Source: Campylobacteraceae bacterium
GTDB taxonomy: Bacteria; Campylobacterota; Campylobacteria; Campylobacterales; Sulfurovaceae
Assembly (NCBI GenBank): GCA_027014605.1
Contig: JALWDJ010000091.1
Location: forward strand, 440-64,439
Reading direction: 5' to 3'
Length of the DNA: 64,000 nucleotides
Both the position numbers and the translations under genes were made by a program. Within the stretch, counting starts at the first letter, position 1. The number at the start of each line of letters is the position of its first letter. Positions 28,533-39,607 of this stretch are shown here, piece after piece. The notes under the pieces were generated by a model. That model had not been told where the DNA came from. It ran no database searches and saw nothing but the letters and a program-made list of their open reading frames with translations.

Positions 28533-29972
28533 TTATTTAATATAGGTTTTTATCTGTTTCATAATATATTCAAATGATTTAACTTTAAATATCCAATTAA
28601 TAGCTATATAAAACGTCATAAAAAGTAGACTTTTTATAATAATCATAAAAAAATCATTAAAATGAATAAAATCTGTAATAAAAACTATAGGGATAGTAAC
28701 TGTAGTAGTTATTATTGTACTAATAATAATTGGTCTTATAATAGTTATAAAAGATAATCCAATTTCATTAGTTGCAAATTTAATATTTAATGAGGTTGCT
28801 AATATTGATGTTATAATTAGTCCATATAGAAAAGTATCTATTCCATAAAGATATAGAATATATAGATTTATAGATTGTATTATTTTTTTATATATCTCTA
28901 ATTTTAAAAACTCTTTAGATTTTCCTCTACTACTCAAAATATTTACCATTAACGCACTAATAGGGTATGCAAATCCACTTAGAGCTAAGATTTTAAAATA
29001 GTATATAGATGCTTCCCACTTATTTCCAAATAGTCCAACTATTAATTCATCTGCTGTTATATATAACTCTCCAAGTATAAAAAAGGTTATAAAACATATT
29101 ATTCCTAATGATTTAATAACAACTCTTCTAAAATAAAATATATCTTTTTGTATTTTACTCAATACAGGAAATAGTACAGACATCAAACTTCCAGATGAGT
29201 ATTTAATAACAAATAGATTTAACTGTTTTGCCTGATGAAAAAAACCCAATATGGAAGGAGAAAATAGTTTACCAATGAGCATATAATCTAATTTTTCATA
29301 GATTGTATCTATAACTCCAGATAGAAACATATTAAATCCATATCCCCAAAGCTGTTTTAATGCTTTAAATGAGAATGCAAAAGATGGTATCCAAGATGTT
29401 TTTTTCCATATTATAATGTTAGTAATTAATTCACGAGAGAGTATCTGTGCAACTAAACTCCATACTCCAAAATCTAAAAATGCCAATACTACTCCTATAA
29501 TACCACTAGATATAGAAGCTATAAGAGTTACTTGAGTTAATAGTTTATAATTTAACTCTTTTCTTAAAATAACTATTTGTAAAGCGTGAAAAGAGCTAAT
29601 TGTAAAAAGAGTTGAGATAGTTTGGACTATAGGAATTAACTCTGTATTTTTATAAAAGTTAGCAATTAAATTGGCTGAAAAAAAAGTTAATATAGTTAAT
29701 ATAAAACCTGCACTTATATTAAAGAAAAATACAGATGAGTAGTGTATTTGAAGAACTCTTCGTCTCTGTATAATTGCACCTCCAAGTCCTATATCTGAAA
29801 ATATTGTAGCAATACCAACTATTACCATAATCATAGCAATTAATCCAAAATCAGCAGGAGTTAATAGTCTTGCTAAGATAATCATAACTATAAAACTAGA
29901 GGCATGAATACCAACTTTACCAATTAAATCCCATATAAAAGCCTGTATTCCTTTTGATTTTATATTACTCAT
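28533..29972 (-). CDS. second Wzx-type flippase (MOP / polysaccharide biosynthesis protein)
   Basis: 479 aa with about 12-14 TM segments; N-terminal KGIQAFIWDLIGKVG... typical of this family. Confidence 0.7.
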   Translation of the reverse strand: MSNIKSKGIQAFIWDLIGKVGIHASSFIVMIILARLLTPADFGLIAMIMVIVGIATIFSDIGLGGAIIQRRRVLQIHYSSVFFFNISAGFILTILTFFSANLIANFYKNTELIPIVQTISTLFTISSFHALQIVILRKELNYKLLTQVTLIASISSGIIGVVLAFLDFGVWSLVAQILSRELITNIIIWKKTSWIPSFAFSFKALKQLWGYGFNMFLSGVIDTIYEKLDYMLIGKLFSPSILGFFHQAKQLNLFVIKYSSGSLMSVLFPVLSKIQKDIFYFRRVVIKSLGIICFITFFILGELYITADELIVGLFGNKWEASIYYFKILALSGFAYPISALMVNILSSRGKSKEFLKLEIYKKIIQSINLYILYLYGIDTFLYGLIITSILATSLNIKFATNEIGLSFITIIRPIIISTIITTTVTIPIVFITDFIHFNDFFMIIIKSLLFMTFYIAINWIFKVKSFEYIMKQIKTYIK

Positions 29973-29991
29973 CTTATTTCTCTCATAATTT

Positions 29992-31740
29992 TTATACTAA
30001 TTTAATTAACATCTGCTTTTTTAAATCATCTCTACTTAAATATGGTTTCATATCCTCAAAGGCTCTATTAAAGTCTAATCTAGGTTCAACAGTTGTCATA
30101 TCAGCACTTATTTCTATATCTATAATTTGAGCTTCATCATTTTTAAGACTCTTTTTAAATATTTTTTTAATATTTTTTAACTTAGATACTCTATAGCTCT
30201 CTATCCCATAAGCCTTTCCAATTTTTTTGAAATTTGGGACAGAGTAGTCTTTTTTTGAGCCAACCGAGTTACCCTCTAAATATGTATCTTGTCTCAGTTT
30301 AACCATGTGTAGACTATTATTATTTATAATAAATATCTTAATAGGTAAATTTCGTCTCTTTATTATCTCTAACTCTTGTATATTCATCTGAAATCCACCA
30401 TCTCCAGATATAATAATAGCTCTTCTATTAGTTCCTATTGTAGCTCCGATTGCAGATGGTAATGCAAATCCCATCGCTCCAAATCCACCAGAGAAGAGTA
30501 CTCGTTGATTATTTTTTACTTTTAGAGATTGAGCTACTAACATTTGATGTTCACCCACATCCACACATATAATATCATCATCTCTTAACTCTTTTGATAG
30601 TTTAGATATAATTGAGTTTCCTATTTTTTTTGCTCCATTTAAAGTATAATTAATAGGATATGTTTTTTTATATTCTAAAACTTTTTCTTGCCAAGCTTTA
30701 ATATTTAAAGATAGATTATTAAGTTTATTTACTTTGATTAAAAACTCTTTAATATCATAGTTTATAGCTAAATCTATATCCATTCTAATGCCAAGCTCTC
30801 CTCTATCTATATCTACTTGAATAATCTTTGCACCTCTTGCAAATGTCTCTATTTTTCTTCCTGTTTGAAGATTATCCAATCTTGAGCCTAAGACTATAAG
30901 TAAATCAGAGTTTGCAATAGTTAGATTTGCATATCTAGTTCCAAAATTTCCAATAAATCCTAAATTATACTTATACTCATCACTAATAGCATCTTTTCCC
31001 ATTAATGAATAGACTATAGGGATATTGCTATTTTTTAAAAACTCTCTTAACTCTTTAACACCATTAGATAATCTAACACCTCCACCTACTAGGATTAGAG
31101 GTCTTTTTGCACTATTAATTAATTCTATAGTTTTTTTAATATCTCTACTAATATCTCTACTCTTCTCCTTTAATAATTCATACTCTTTACTTTTAAAAAA
31201 AGAATTACTTTTTTTAGGATTAAAATCGATTCTAAATTGTAAATTCTCAGGCAGACTAATAACTATAGGTCCTTTTCTTCCATTTCGAGATAGGAAATAT
31301 GCCTTTTCAAGTTTATATCTAAGCTCATCTAAACTATTTATAGCTGTTGCATATTTTGTAATCGGTTTACATATAGATACAATATCTGTCTCTTGAAATC
31401 CAAATTGTCTTATATCTCTGTTTTGTTTACACTCATAAGGAGGAACATCACCTACAATAAATATAGATGGGATAGAGTCAAAATAGCAATCAGCTACTGC
31501 TGTTACTAGATTAGTAGCACCAGGTCCACTTGTTGCTGTAGCTACACCTGTTTTACCTGTTGCTCTAGCATACCCTTCAGCAGAAAAACCACAACCCTGT
31601 TCATGTATTGTAAATATATTTTCTATATTTTTATTTTTATCTATAGAATCACATATATGTGCATTTTTACCAATATAACTAAATACTTTGTCTATCTTAT
31701 TTTCTACTAAAAAATTTACTATATAATCTGATACTTTCAC
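29992..31740 (-). CDS. thiamine-diphosphate enzyme of the acetolactate-synthase large-subunit family
   Basis: 582 aa; GVATATSGPGATNLVT; TPP motif ISGDGGFQMNIQELE...IFIINNNSL. Confidence 0.8.
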   Translation of the reverse strand: MKVSDYIVNFLVENKIDKVFSYIGKNAHICDSIDKNKNIENIFTIHEQGCGFSAEGYARATGKTGVATATSGPGATNLVTAVADCYFDSIPSIFIVGDVPPYECKQNRDIRQFGFQETDIVSICKPITKYATAINSLDELRYKLEKAYFLSRNGRKGPIVISLPENLQFRIDFNPKKSNSFFKSKEYELLKEKSRDISRDIKKTIELINSAKRPLILVGGGVRLSNGVKELREFLKNSNIPIVYSLMGKDAISDEYKYNLGFIGNFGTRYANLTIANSDLLIVLGSRLDNLQTGRKIETFARGAKIIQVDIDRGELGIRMDIDLAINYDIKEFLIKVNKLNNLSLNIKAWQEKVLEYKKTYPINYTLNGAKKIGNSIISKLSKELRDDDIICVDVGEHQMLVAQSLKVKNNQRVLFSGGFGAMGFALPSAIGATIGTNRRAIIISGDGGFQMNIQELEIIKRRNLPIKIFIINNNSLHMVKLRQDTYLEGNSVGSKKDYSVPNFKKIGKAYGIESYRVSKLKNIKKIFKKSLKNDEAQIIDIEISADMTTVEPRLDFNRAFEDMKPYLSRDDLKKQMLIKLV

Positions 31741-31756
31741 CTATAATCCTTTTATT

Positions 31757-32446
31757 TTATATGAGTGTAAATCGATTTAATATTTTTTTTATCTCATCTT
31801 TTGAGTTAAACATCATCACATCAATAATAGAGAGATGAGGTATAAACTCACCATTAAATTGCTTATATTTAAATTCATCTGTTCTTAAAAAGTTTAACTC
31901 TATATTCTCTTTTAAAAAATCTTCTTTACTATATAACTCTTGTCCACCAATAGCATTAACATATTTAGTAGCTCCAACTCTTTTACATATATCAATTGTT
32001 CTAGCTTGTGCTTTTAGAGTAGTCTCTCCTTGTAAATCACTTAAATATACAAATTTAGTATCTATATCTAAATAGTTAGAGACTTTTTTAATAGAATAAC
32101 CTATATATTTTGCTAAATTTTTTTCTCTATTATTTAAAATATTTTCAATTAATGGATATACCTCATTGAAATATGGAGCTTTTTTATAGGCATGAAATAT
32201 AGTTTTTATTATTTTTTTAGAGTTATTTCCAACTTTTATCTCATTTATTAGACTATTCCCATGAACCCCCTTAACCTCTAATGTAAATAGATGTTTTTTA
32301 TTATTAATTAGAATACTATTTCTATTGATATAACCCTTTTTAATATATTGCATACTATCTGATATAACATATATATTAGCGAGATTTATAAGTTGCCAAT
32401 ATCCAATATATGCAAAGAGGTATGGTTGATTACTTCCTACTATCAT
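31757..32446 (-). CDS. WbqC-like family protein
   Basis: 229 aa; SNQPYLFAYIGYWQLINLANIYVISDSMQYIKKGYINRNSI matches my memory of the WbqC family N-terminal pattern. Confidence 0.55.
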   Translation of the reverse strand: MIVGSNQPYLFAYIGYWQLINLANIYVISDSMQYIKKGYINRNSILINNKKHLFTLEVKGVHGNSLINEIKVGNNSKKIIKTIFHAYKKAPYFNEVYPLIENILNNREKNLAKYIGYSIKKVSNYLDIDTKFVYLSDLQGETTLKAQARTIDICKRVGATKYVNAIGGQELYSKEDFLKENIELNFLRTDEFKYKQFNGEFIPHLSIIDVMMFNSKDEIKKILNRFTLI

Positions 32447-33539
32447 AATTTAAACACTCTTCTTTATTTCTTATCTTCTCTAAGGTATCGATAATAATTT
32501 TGCTAACACTCGGCTCTACATTTGAGTGCATTGGAATTACTAAAATTCTACTTGCAATATCTCTTGAGTTTTTCATTACTTTAGATTTGACATATGGGAG
32601 AGTATCAAGAGATGGTTTAAAATATTGTCTTGCTGCAATATTCTCTTTTAATAACTCTTCTCTTACTCTTTTCATCTCATATTCATTTTTAAATACTATA
32701 GGAAAATAGCTATAGCTCTGAGTAGCATCTGAATTTCTCTTCTGAAATTGAACATAATTTCGTAACTTCTTTTTATAGAAGTTATAACTTGCTTTTCTTT
32801 CTTTAAAAATTCTCTCCTCTTCATCTAACATACATAGCCCCATTGCAGCTTCAACTTCGTTGATTTTTGCATTAATTCCAAGCATTGCAACAGAATCAGG
32901 TGCATCTATGCCATAGTTTCTAACTATTTTTGCCTTCTCATATAACTCATCATCTTTAATAACAATAGCTGCACCCTCAATAGTATGAAACATTTTAGTT
33001 GCATGAAAACTAATAATAGAGATATCTCCATAGTTTAATATATGTCTATTTTTATATTTAACATCAAATGCATGTGAGGCATCATATAGCACTTTTAAAT
33101 TATGTTTTTTAGCAATTTTATCAATTCTATCTATATCACAAGCATTTCCAAATACATGACATGGGGCTATTGCAACAGTCTTATCTGTAATAAGTTTTTC
33201 TATATTAGATGGGTCTATATTATATGTCTCTTTGTCAATATCAGCAAATATAGGAGTTAATCTCTCTGCTACAATAGCACTTGTTGTCGATACAAAACTA
33301 AAAGGTGTTGTGATTACCTCTTTTCCATCTTGTTCAAGTAGTCTATATGCAAATTGAAGGGCATCGGTTCCACTAGATATACATAGAAGATTTTTTACAC
33401 CTAGATACTCCTCTAATCTCTTCTCCAACTCTTGTACTAATGGTCCATTATTTGTAAGCCAACCACTCTCATATATTCCATCTATATATTTTTTAAATTT
33501 CTCTTTTGGTGGCATATATATTTTTGTTACATAGGTCAT
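32430..33539 (-). CDS. DegT/DnrJ/EryC1 PLP aminotransferase, 4-aminotransferase type (VioA/WecE-like)
   Basis: 369 aa; SFHATKMFHTIEGAA Lys block; immediately downstream of rfbA-rfbB. Confidence 0.8.
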   Translation of the reverse strand: MTYVTKIYMPPKEKFKKYIDGIYESGWLTNNGPLVQELEKRLEEYLGVKNLLCISSGTDALQFAYRLLEQDGKEVITTPFSFVSTTSAIVAERLTPIFADIDKETYNIDPSNIEKLITDKTVAIAPCHVFGNACDIDRIDKIAKKHNLKVLYDASHAFDVKYKNRHILNYGDISIISFHATKMFHTIEGAAIVIKDDELYEKAKIVRNYGIDAPDSVAMLGINAKINEVEAAMGLCMLDEEERIFKERKASYNFYKKKLRNYVQFQKRNSDATQSYSYFPIVFKNEYEMKRVREELLKENIAARQYFKPSLDTLPYVKSKVMKNSRDIASRILVIPMHSNVEPSVSKIIIDTLEKIRNKEECLNYDSRK

Positions 33540-34579
33540 TTTATATCCTTTTTATTATTTAAATACCAATTAATTGTTTTTTCAATTCCACTCTCAAAAC
33601 TCTCTTTGGCTCTCCAGCCCAACTCATTTTTTATCTTTGTGGCATCTATTGCATATCTTCTATCGTGTCCTGCTCTATCTTCTACAAAAGTTATTAATCT
33701 CTTATATGACTCTTTTTTTGGGACTTTTCTATCTAATATTTCACATATAATCTTTGCTATATCTAAATTTCTCTTCTCATTTTCCCCTCCTATATTATAT
33801 GTATCTCCAGATTTTCCATTATGAAAAACCAAATCTATACCATAACAGTGGTCTTGAACAAATAACCAATCTCTAATATTTTTCCCATCTCCATATATTG
33901 GTATAGGTTCACCACTTAAAGCTTTTCTAATAATAGTAGGAATTAATTTTTCGCTATGCTGTTTTGCTCCATAATTATTAGAACAGTTTGTAATAACTGT
34001 ATCTAATCCATAAGTATGGTGATAGCTTCTGACTATCATGTCGCTACTAGCTTTACTTGCACTATATGGGGAATTTGGAGCATAAGGGGTATCTTCTCTA
34101 AATAGTCCACTCTCTCCTAAACTTCCGTAAACCTCATCAGTTGATATATGATGAAAACGACCAACGGGAGTTTCTTTAGTAAATATACACTTTTTATAAT
34201 TATCTCTATATTTAAATGGACTACTCATCCAATATCTATATGCACTATTTAAAAGATTAAAAGTTCCATTAACATTTGTCTCCATAAATATTGATGGATT
34301 TCTAATTGAGTTATCCACATGGCTCTCTGCTGCAAAGTGGATAACAGCCCTTATATCATACTCATTAAATATAAATTCAACTAAATTTTGATTGCATATA
34401 TTTCCTTTTATAAATTTATATCTATTACTATTTTCAACCTCTTTAAGGTTTTCTAAATTACCTGCATAGGTTAGAGAGTCTAAGTTTATAATTTTGTAAT
34501 TTTCATATTTATCCAAAAAATATGGTATAAAATTACTTCCAATAAATCCTGCTCCACCTGTTACTAAAATATTTATCAT
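33536..34579 (-). CDS. rfbB: dTDP-glucose 4,6-dehydratase
   Basis: 347 aa; [14 protein letters not shown]; YSASKASSD catalytic YxxxK. Confidence 0.9.
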   Translation of the reverse strand: MINILVTGGAGFIGSNFIPYFLDKYENYKIINLDSLTYAGNLENLKEVENSNRYKFIKGNICNQNLVEFIFNEYDIRAVIHFAAESHVDNSIRNPSIFMETNVNGTFNLLNSAYRYWMSSPFKYRDNYKKCIFTKETPVGRFHHISTDEVYGSLGESGLFREDTPYAPNSPYSASKASSDMIVRSYHHTYGLDTVITNCSNNYGAKQHSEKLIPTIIRKALSGEPIPIYGDGKNIRDWLFVQDHCYGIDLVFHNGKSGDTYNIGGENEKRNLDIAKIICEILDRKVPKKESYKRLITFVEDRAGHDRRYAIDATKIKNELGWRAKESFESGIEKTINWYLNNKKDIK

Positions 34580-35439
34580 TTGACTAAATCCTTTAAATAT
34601 AATCCATAACTATTTTTATCTAGTTGTGATGCAATTTTTAATACATCATCTTTTGTTATCCAACTATTATTGTAAGCAATTTCCTCTAAACATGCTACCT
34701 TATAACCCTGTCTCTGTTCTATTGTTTGAACAAATAGACTAGCTGAAAGTAGGCTATCGTGAGTACCTGTATCCAACCATGCAAAACCTCTACCTAATAC
34801 TTCTACTCTAAGCTCTCCTCTTTTTAAATACTCCTCATTTATAGATGTTATCTCTAATTCACCTCTATCTGATGGTTTAATTTTTTTTGCAATATCAATT
34901 ACACTATTACTATAAAAGTAGAGTCCAGTAACTGCAAAATCAGATTTTGGATTTTTAGGTTTCTCTTCTATACTAATAGCTCTTCTATTTTTATCAAACT
35001 CAATAACACCAAATCTTTCAGGGTCTTTTACTTGATAACCAAATACTATTGCTCCATTTTTTAATTTTGATGCTTTTTTAACTAATGGAATTAGTCCTGG
35101 ACCATAAAATATATTATCTCCTAAGATAAGAGAGACATTATCATCTCCAATAAACTCTTCTCCCAATATAAAGGCTTGAGCTAGTCCATCTGGAGATGGT
35201 TGAGTTATATAACTTATAGATATGCCCCATTTTGAGCCATCCCCTAAAACTCTTTTATAGTTGTTTAAATCATTTGGGGTAGTAATAATTAAGATATTCT
35301 CTATTCCAGCTAACATTAGAACTGATAATGGATAATAAATCATAGGTTTATCATATATTGGAAGTAGCTGTTTTGATACTCCTCTTGTAATAGGATATAA
35401 TCTTGTTCCATTTCCACCTGCTAGAATAATACCTTTCAT
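34576..35439 (-). CDS. rfbA: glucose-1-phosphate thymidylyltransferase
   Basis: 287 aa; [18 protein letters not shown]...[18 protein letters not shown]. Confidence 0.9.
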   Translation of the reverse strand: MKGIILAGGNGTRLYPITRGVSKQLLPIYDKPMIYYPLSVLMLAGIENILIITTPNDLNNYKRVLGDGSKWGISISYITQPSPDGLAQAFILGEEFIGDDNVSLILGDNIFYGPGLIPLVKKASKLKNGAIVFGYQVKDPERFGVIEFDKNRRAISIEEKPKNPKSDFAVTGLYFYSNSVIDIAKKIKPSDRGELEITSINEEYLKRGELRVEVLGRGFAWLDTGTHDSLLSASLFVQTIEQRQGYKVACLEEIAYNNSWITKDDVLKIASQLDKNSYGLYLKDLVK

Positions 35440-35449
35440 TTTATCTCCT

Positions 35450-37741
35450 TTAAATATAGTTATCTACTCTTTTTTTAGTAAAATTAATAATAAATCCAAT
35501 ATTTTTTAATTTATATCTATTAATTATTTTCTCTAACCCTCTTATATATTTCTTTTTTAAACTATTTATTTTTAAAACAATAAGATTTATACTGCTATAT
35601 CTCATTAAATGAAGTGTATCTTTAGATGAGCTTAAGTCTGTAGAATCTATTATTATATAATCATAGACCTCTTTTAGTTTATTTAACATTATCTCTAATC
35701 TATGAGATATAATTAGTTCTGAAGGATTTGTAGCTATTTTACCAGCAGTGATAATATCTAAATTTGGATATGCTGTTTTAAATATAATATCACTCATATT
35801 ACTATCTCCTCTTAGATAACTACTCATACCCTCATGTGAGCCATCTATATTAAAAAATCTATTTAAAGATGGATTTTTTAAATTTAAATCTATAACTATA
35901 CTCTTATATCCAGCTAATTGAAAAATTGCTCCTAAATTAGAAACTATTACACTTTTTCCCTGCTTAGGTAAAATGGATGTTATTAAAATAATATTTGAAC
36001 TATTCTTATTTAATGTAAATTGCAAATTGGTTCTTAAATCCCTGAAGCTATTAGCTACTATTGATTGAGGTTCTTGAAATACTTTTATAATAGGTTTTCT
36101 TTTTTTTCTAAAAGTAGGAATTAAACCATATATAGGTATTGTTGTAATCTTTTCAATATCATCTATATTTTTAATTTTACCACTCAAAGAGTTATGTAAA
36201 AGAGATAAAATAATACCAATTAAAATAGCTGTGGATATTGCTAAAACATGAATTAGAGTTCTTTTAGGTTTTATAGGTTTTTTAGGAGGATATGCCCTTT
36301 CAACTATTTTATAATCAGATATAATAGCTGATTTAATTGTATCATTCTCTTGTTGTTTTTTTAATAGATAGCTATTCATTTCCAATTTTAATTGATATTT
36401 TCTATTTAAATTAACAATATTTATTTCATCTACGGGAAGTCTTTGGAGTTCTCTCTCTTTTATAGATTTTAATCTTTCTAAATTTTTATTTTTATCCATA
36501 ATAGATAGTTTTAAACTCTCTATATTTTTTAGTATCTTCTGTTTAGTTATATCAATCTGTTTACGAATAACTATTAATTTTGGATACTCATTAGTATATT
36601 CAGAGCTAAGTCTGCTCTCTTCTAATTCAAGTTTTTGTAGTGATTGAATTAATTGTGTATTTACTTTATCATTTAGTTGCACTAGTAGAGAACCTATAGA
36701 TTTAAAATCATTATTTTGAAGTCTATTTAATACATTATCAACAATCATCTCTTTTAAATGATTTTCTGAGATAGCAACATCTATATTATTTAAATCTCTA
36801 ATAAGTAAATCTGCTTGTGTAGATGTTTTTATTGCTCTATGTTTAATCTTATATTTTTCTAAAGCCCTCTCTGCCTCTTTTAACTCTTTTCTATTTTGAG
36901 ATAACTGTTGAGCAATAAAAGCTGATAGTTGATTATTTCTTTTACTCTTTTCAATTCTTCCCTCATTTTGGAAGACTAAAAGTAATTTATTTATATACTC
37001 TGTTGCTCTTTTTGGTATGTTATCTTCATAAGATATATCTATAATTGGAGCATTTTTATTTTTTTGAATAACAAAAAGTCTATTTTTTACTATATTATCA
37101 TATATATCTTTACTATCTCCATTAAGTTGAAAATAGATTGGTTTTTTTAAATCCCTTTTTTTAGATATAGTTATCTCAAAATATTTAGTTTTTATAGGTT
37201 TATTATATGGAAATAGTCTATTATCAATAGTAATTATATTTTTTTTAAATATATTTTTTGATATATGTTCAATAATAGTATAATATATTTTTAATTTATA
37301 TCCATCTTTATATGGTATAAGTTTAACTTTTCTACCTAAAAAATTATCTTGGACACTTTTGACTTTAATTTTTATTGGAACTTTATCTTTATATATCTCA
37401 ATATTTCTATATCCATCTTTAATAAAAAATTGGGTCTCTAAATCCATATTGTCTATAACTTTTTTATTAACTTCATAGGTTATTAACTTCTCTAACTCTT
37501 TATCTACCTCTTTATTTGCATAGAAGGTATTTTGAAGTATATCATCAGTTTGAATATTGCTTCTATCATAAGTAATAACTTCCATACTTCCATTTGCACT
37601 ATATATAGGTGGTTGAAAATAGAGATATAGACTAGAGAGAATAACTCCTATAATTATCATTATAATAATAAATGGTATGTGATACCATATTATTTTAAGT
37701 ACATCTTTTAATTTAAACTCCTCTTTTTTAGAAAACTCCAT
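35450..37741 (-). CDS. polysaccharide co-polymerase with C-terminal P-loop domain (Wzc/BY-kinase-like, atypical)
   Basis: 763 aa; two TM segments flank a coiled-coil periplasmic region; Walker [10 protein letters not shown]; Walker B YIIIDSTD; no Tyr-rich tail. Confidence 0.75.
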   Translation of the reverse strand: MEFSKKEEFKLKDVLKIIWYHIPFIIIMIIIGVILSSLYLYFQPPIYSANGSMEVITYDRSNIQTDDILQNTFYANKEVDKELEKLITYEVNKKVIDNMDLETQFFIKDGYRNIEIYKDKVPIKIKVKSVQDNFLGRKVKLIPYKDGYKLKIYYTIIEHISKNIFKKNIITIDNRLFPYNKPIKTKYFEITISKKRDLKKPIYFQLNGDSKDIYDNIVKNRLFVIQKNKNAPIIDISYEDNIPKRATEYINKLLLVFQNEGRIEKSKRNNQLSAFIAQQLSQNRKELKEAERALEKYKIKHRAIKTSTQADLLIRDLNNIDVAISENHLKEMIVDNVLNRLQNNDFKSIGSLLVQLNDKVNTQLIQSLQKLELEESRLSSEYTNEYPKLIVIRKQIDITKQKILKNIESLKLSIMDKNKNLERLKSIKERELQRLPVDEINIVNLNRKYQLKLEMNSYLLKKQQENDTIKSAIISDYKIVERAYPPKKPIKPKRTLIHVLAISTAILIGIILSLLHNSLSGKIKNIDDIEKITTIPIYGLIPTFRKKRKPIIKVFQEPQSIVANSFRDLRTNLQFTLNKNSSNIILITSILPKQGKSVIVSNLGAIFQLAGYKSIVIDLNLKNPSLNRFFNIDGSHEGMSSYLRGDSNMSDIIFKTAYPNLDIITAGKIATNPSELIISHRLEIMLNKLKEVYDYIIIDSTDLSSSKDTLHLMRYSSINLIVLKINSLKKKYIRGLEKIINRYKLKNIGFIINFTKKRVDNYI

Positions 37742-37743
37742 AA

Positions 37744-38508
37744 TTAATTACTCCAATCTTTTAGTAATTTAATAGTAATAAAAGGTGATAGAGCATTACT
37801 TATAAGTCTAAAGATTGGATTAACTTCATCTACTCCAATATTAAATGGTTTCATATTATTTGGTAATACATATACAATATCATTTGGTCTAATCATTAAA
37901 TTTGCATTTTTAAGTGAATTAAAATTTGTTAAGTCAACAATTTGAGAATTTATTCTATCTTCACCACTTTTTAAAATCATTATAGCTTTTCTATTTGCAC
38001 TATCTGTTAAGTCTCCTGCTTTAGCTAAAACTTGAATTAAGCTTAATTGCTCATTATCTAATTTTACTTCTCCAGGATTATTAACCTCTCCTATAACATA
38101 AGCTCTTTTATTTAAAACTTCAAAATATATATCTGGTGATTTAATATATCTCTTAAAAGCACTCTCTATCTTCTCTTCGGCCTCTGTTTGTGTTAATCCT
38201 GCTATATGTATAGATTTAATTAGAGGTAGTCTTATATCACCTTTTGAGTTGACTAAAATTCCTCTATCATTTGTTCCATTTCCTAATGTAGATATACTAA
38301 ATTCTGGATGTTGATATACAATAATCGAGACTCTGTCATGTGGTACAACTTTATATTCAAATTTAATATTTTTAAACTCTCTATTATCTATAACTCTTTT
38401 TGACTGATTAAAATCAGCTTTGTTAAAAAGTATAAAATCCTCTTTTGTTGTACAACCTATAAAAATAGATATTATTAAGATATATAAGATAGTTTTAAAC
38501 ATTATCAT
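37744..38508 (-). CDS. outer-membrane polysaccharide export lipoprotein (Wza/GumB family, short form)
   Basis: 254 aa; lipobox IFIGC; Poly_export-like YKVVPHDRVSIIVY; SLBB-like RAYVIGEVNNPG. Confidence 0.75.
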   Translation of the reverse strand: MIMFKTILYILIISIFIGCTTKEDFILFNKADFNQSKRVIDNREFKNIKFEYKVVPHDRVSIIVYQHPEFSISTLGNGTNDRGILVNSKGDIRLPLIKSIHIAGLTQTEAEEKIESAFKRYIKSPDIYFEVLNKRAYVIGEVNNPGEVKLDNEQLSLIQVLAKAGDLTDSANRKAIMILKSGEDRINSQIVDLTNFNSLKNANLMIRPNDIVYVLPNNMKPFNIGVDEVNPIFRLISNALSPFITIKLLKDWSN

Positions 38509-38762
38509 CCTCTTTTAAATTAAAATTGTATTGTATCGAATATAACAAAAAAAATTATTTAATATATTAATATAGTATAAAATATTAAATAGTAATTTTT
38601 TTTATTTTAAATTATATCACTATTAATATTAAACATTATTTAATATAAAATAATATTTTTGTTAAAATGTAAACAATGATATAGATTATTAATAGTAGAA
38701 AATAAACAGTATTTTATATAAATCTTAATATAATCTCAGATTATTATATAAGGAGAATTTTA

Positions 38763-39605
38763 ATGAAAAAAGTATCATTTATTTACTTACCAGCTCTATT
38801 TTTTATATATGTTACAACAGAGGCTGTATTAAAACTATTTCACTCTAGTCTATGTGCATCTACAGGGTGTCTTTTAGCCGATAGTCTATTAAGATTTGAT
38901 AGTATTTATCTAAATTTTATAGGTGTTTTTGATGCAATAGTTATTTTAATTATAGGAATACTTAGTTTCAATAAAAAAGTTAGTGAGAAACTATTTTTTT
39001 TAGTATTAGTAGCTTCACTTCTTTTTGAGACTATAATGTTGGGTTATCAATTTTATGCATCACCAGAAATGTGTAAGTTCTGTATGGGTGTATATACATT
39101 TTTAGTAGTTATTACACTTCTATCTACAAAAAAATATTTTCTTATGGTAGCACCACTTGCTATATCTATATTTACAGCTCTTAGTTTTTTAGCAGTTCCA
39201 AAATCTGCTGTATTTGTAAAAGATAGTGGTAACTATTTAATCCAATCTCCAACTTGTCCTCACTGTAAAAAGGTAAAAGAGTATTTAAAAGAGCATGATA
39301 TTAAATTTACTAAATTAAGTATTGATAATATTGAGGCTAGAAACTTTGCAACTTTTTTAAACTTTAAAACAATCCCTATTTTAATTATTAAAGAGAAGAA
39401 AAATATTAATATTATTAATGGAGATAAAGATATTATAGAATTTTTTAGTAAAAAGGATAAAAAAGGAGTAGAAGAGAGTGCAGTTGTTGGAGAAGAAGCA
39501 GGTAGTAGTAGTGGAATTGACCTTTTAACTAATGATAAAGATACAGGTGATGAGGGTTGTGGATTTATTTCATTAGAAAAATTAGAGACTAACTGTACTA
39601 AGTAG
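38763..39605 (+). CDS. five-TM VKOR-like membrane protein fused to a CPHC thioredoxin/glutaredoxin-fold domain
   Basis: 280 aa; C31-x4-C36 after TM1; C104KFC107 at a TM start; fifth TM; then C165PHC168 in a Grx-like domain; AAGGAG RBS. Confidence 0.5.
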   Translation: MKKVSFIYLPALFFIYVTTEAVLKLFHSSLCASTGCLLADSLLRFDSIYLNFIGVFDAIVILIIGILSFNKKVSEKLFFLVLVASLLFETIMLGYQFYASPEMCKFCMGVYTFLVVITLLSTKKYFLMVAPLAISIFTALSFLAVPKSAVFVKDSGNYLIQSPTCPHCKKVKEYLKEHDIKFTKLSIDNIEARNFATFLNFKTIPILIIKEKKNINIINGDKDIIEFFSKKDKKGVEESAVVGEEAGSSSGIDLLTNDKDTGDEGCGFISLEKLETNCTK

Positions 39606-39607
39606 AG

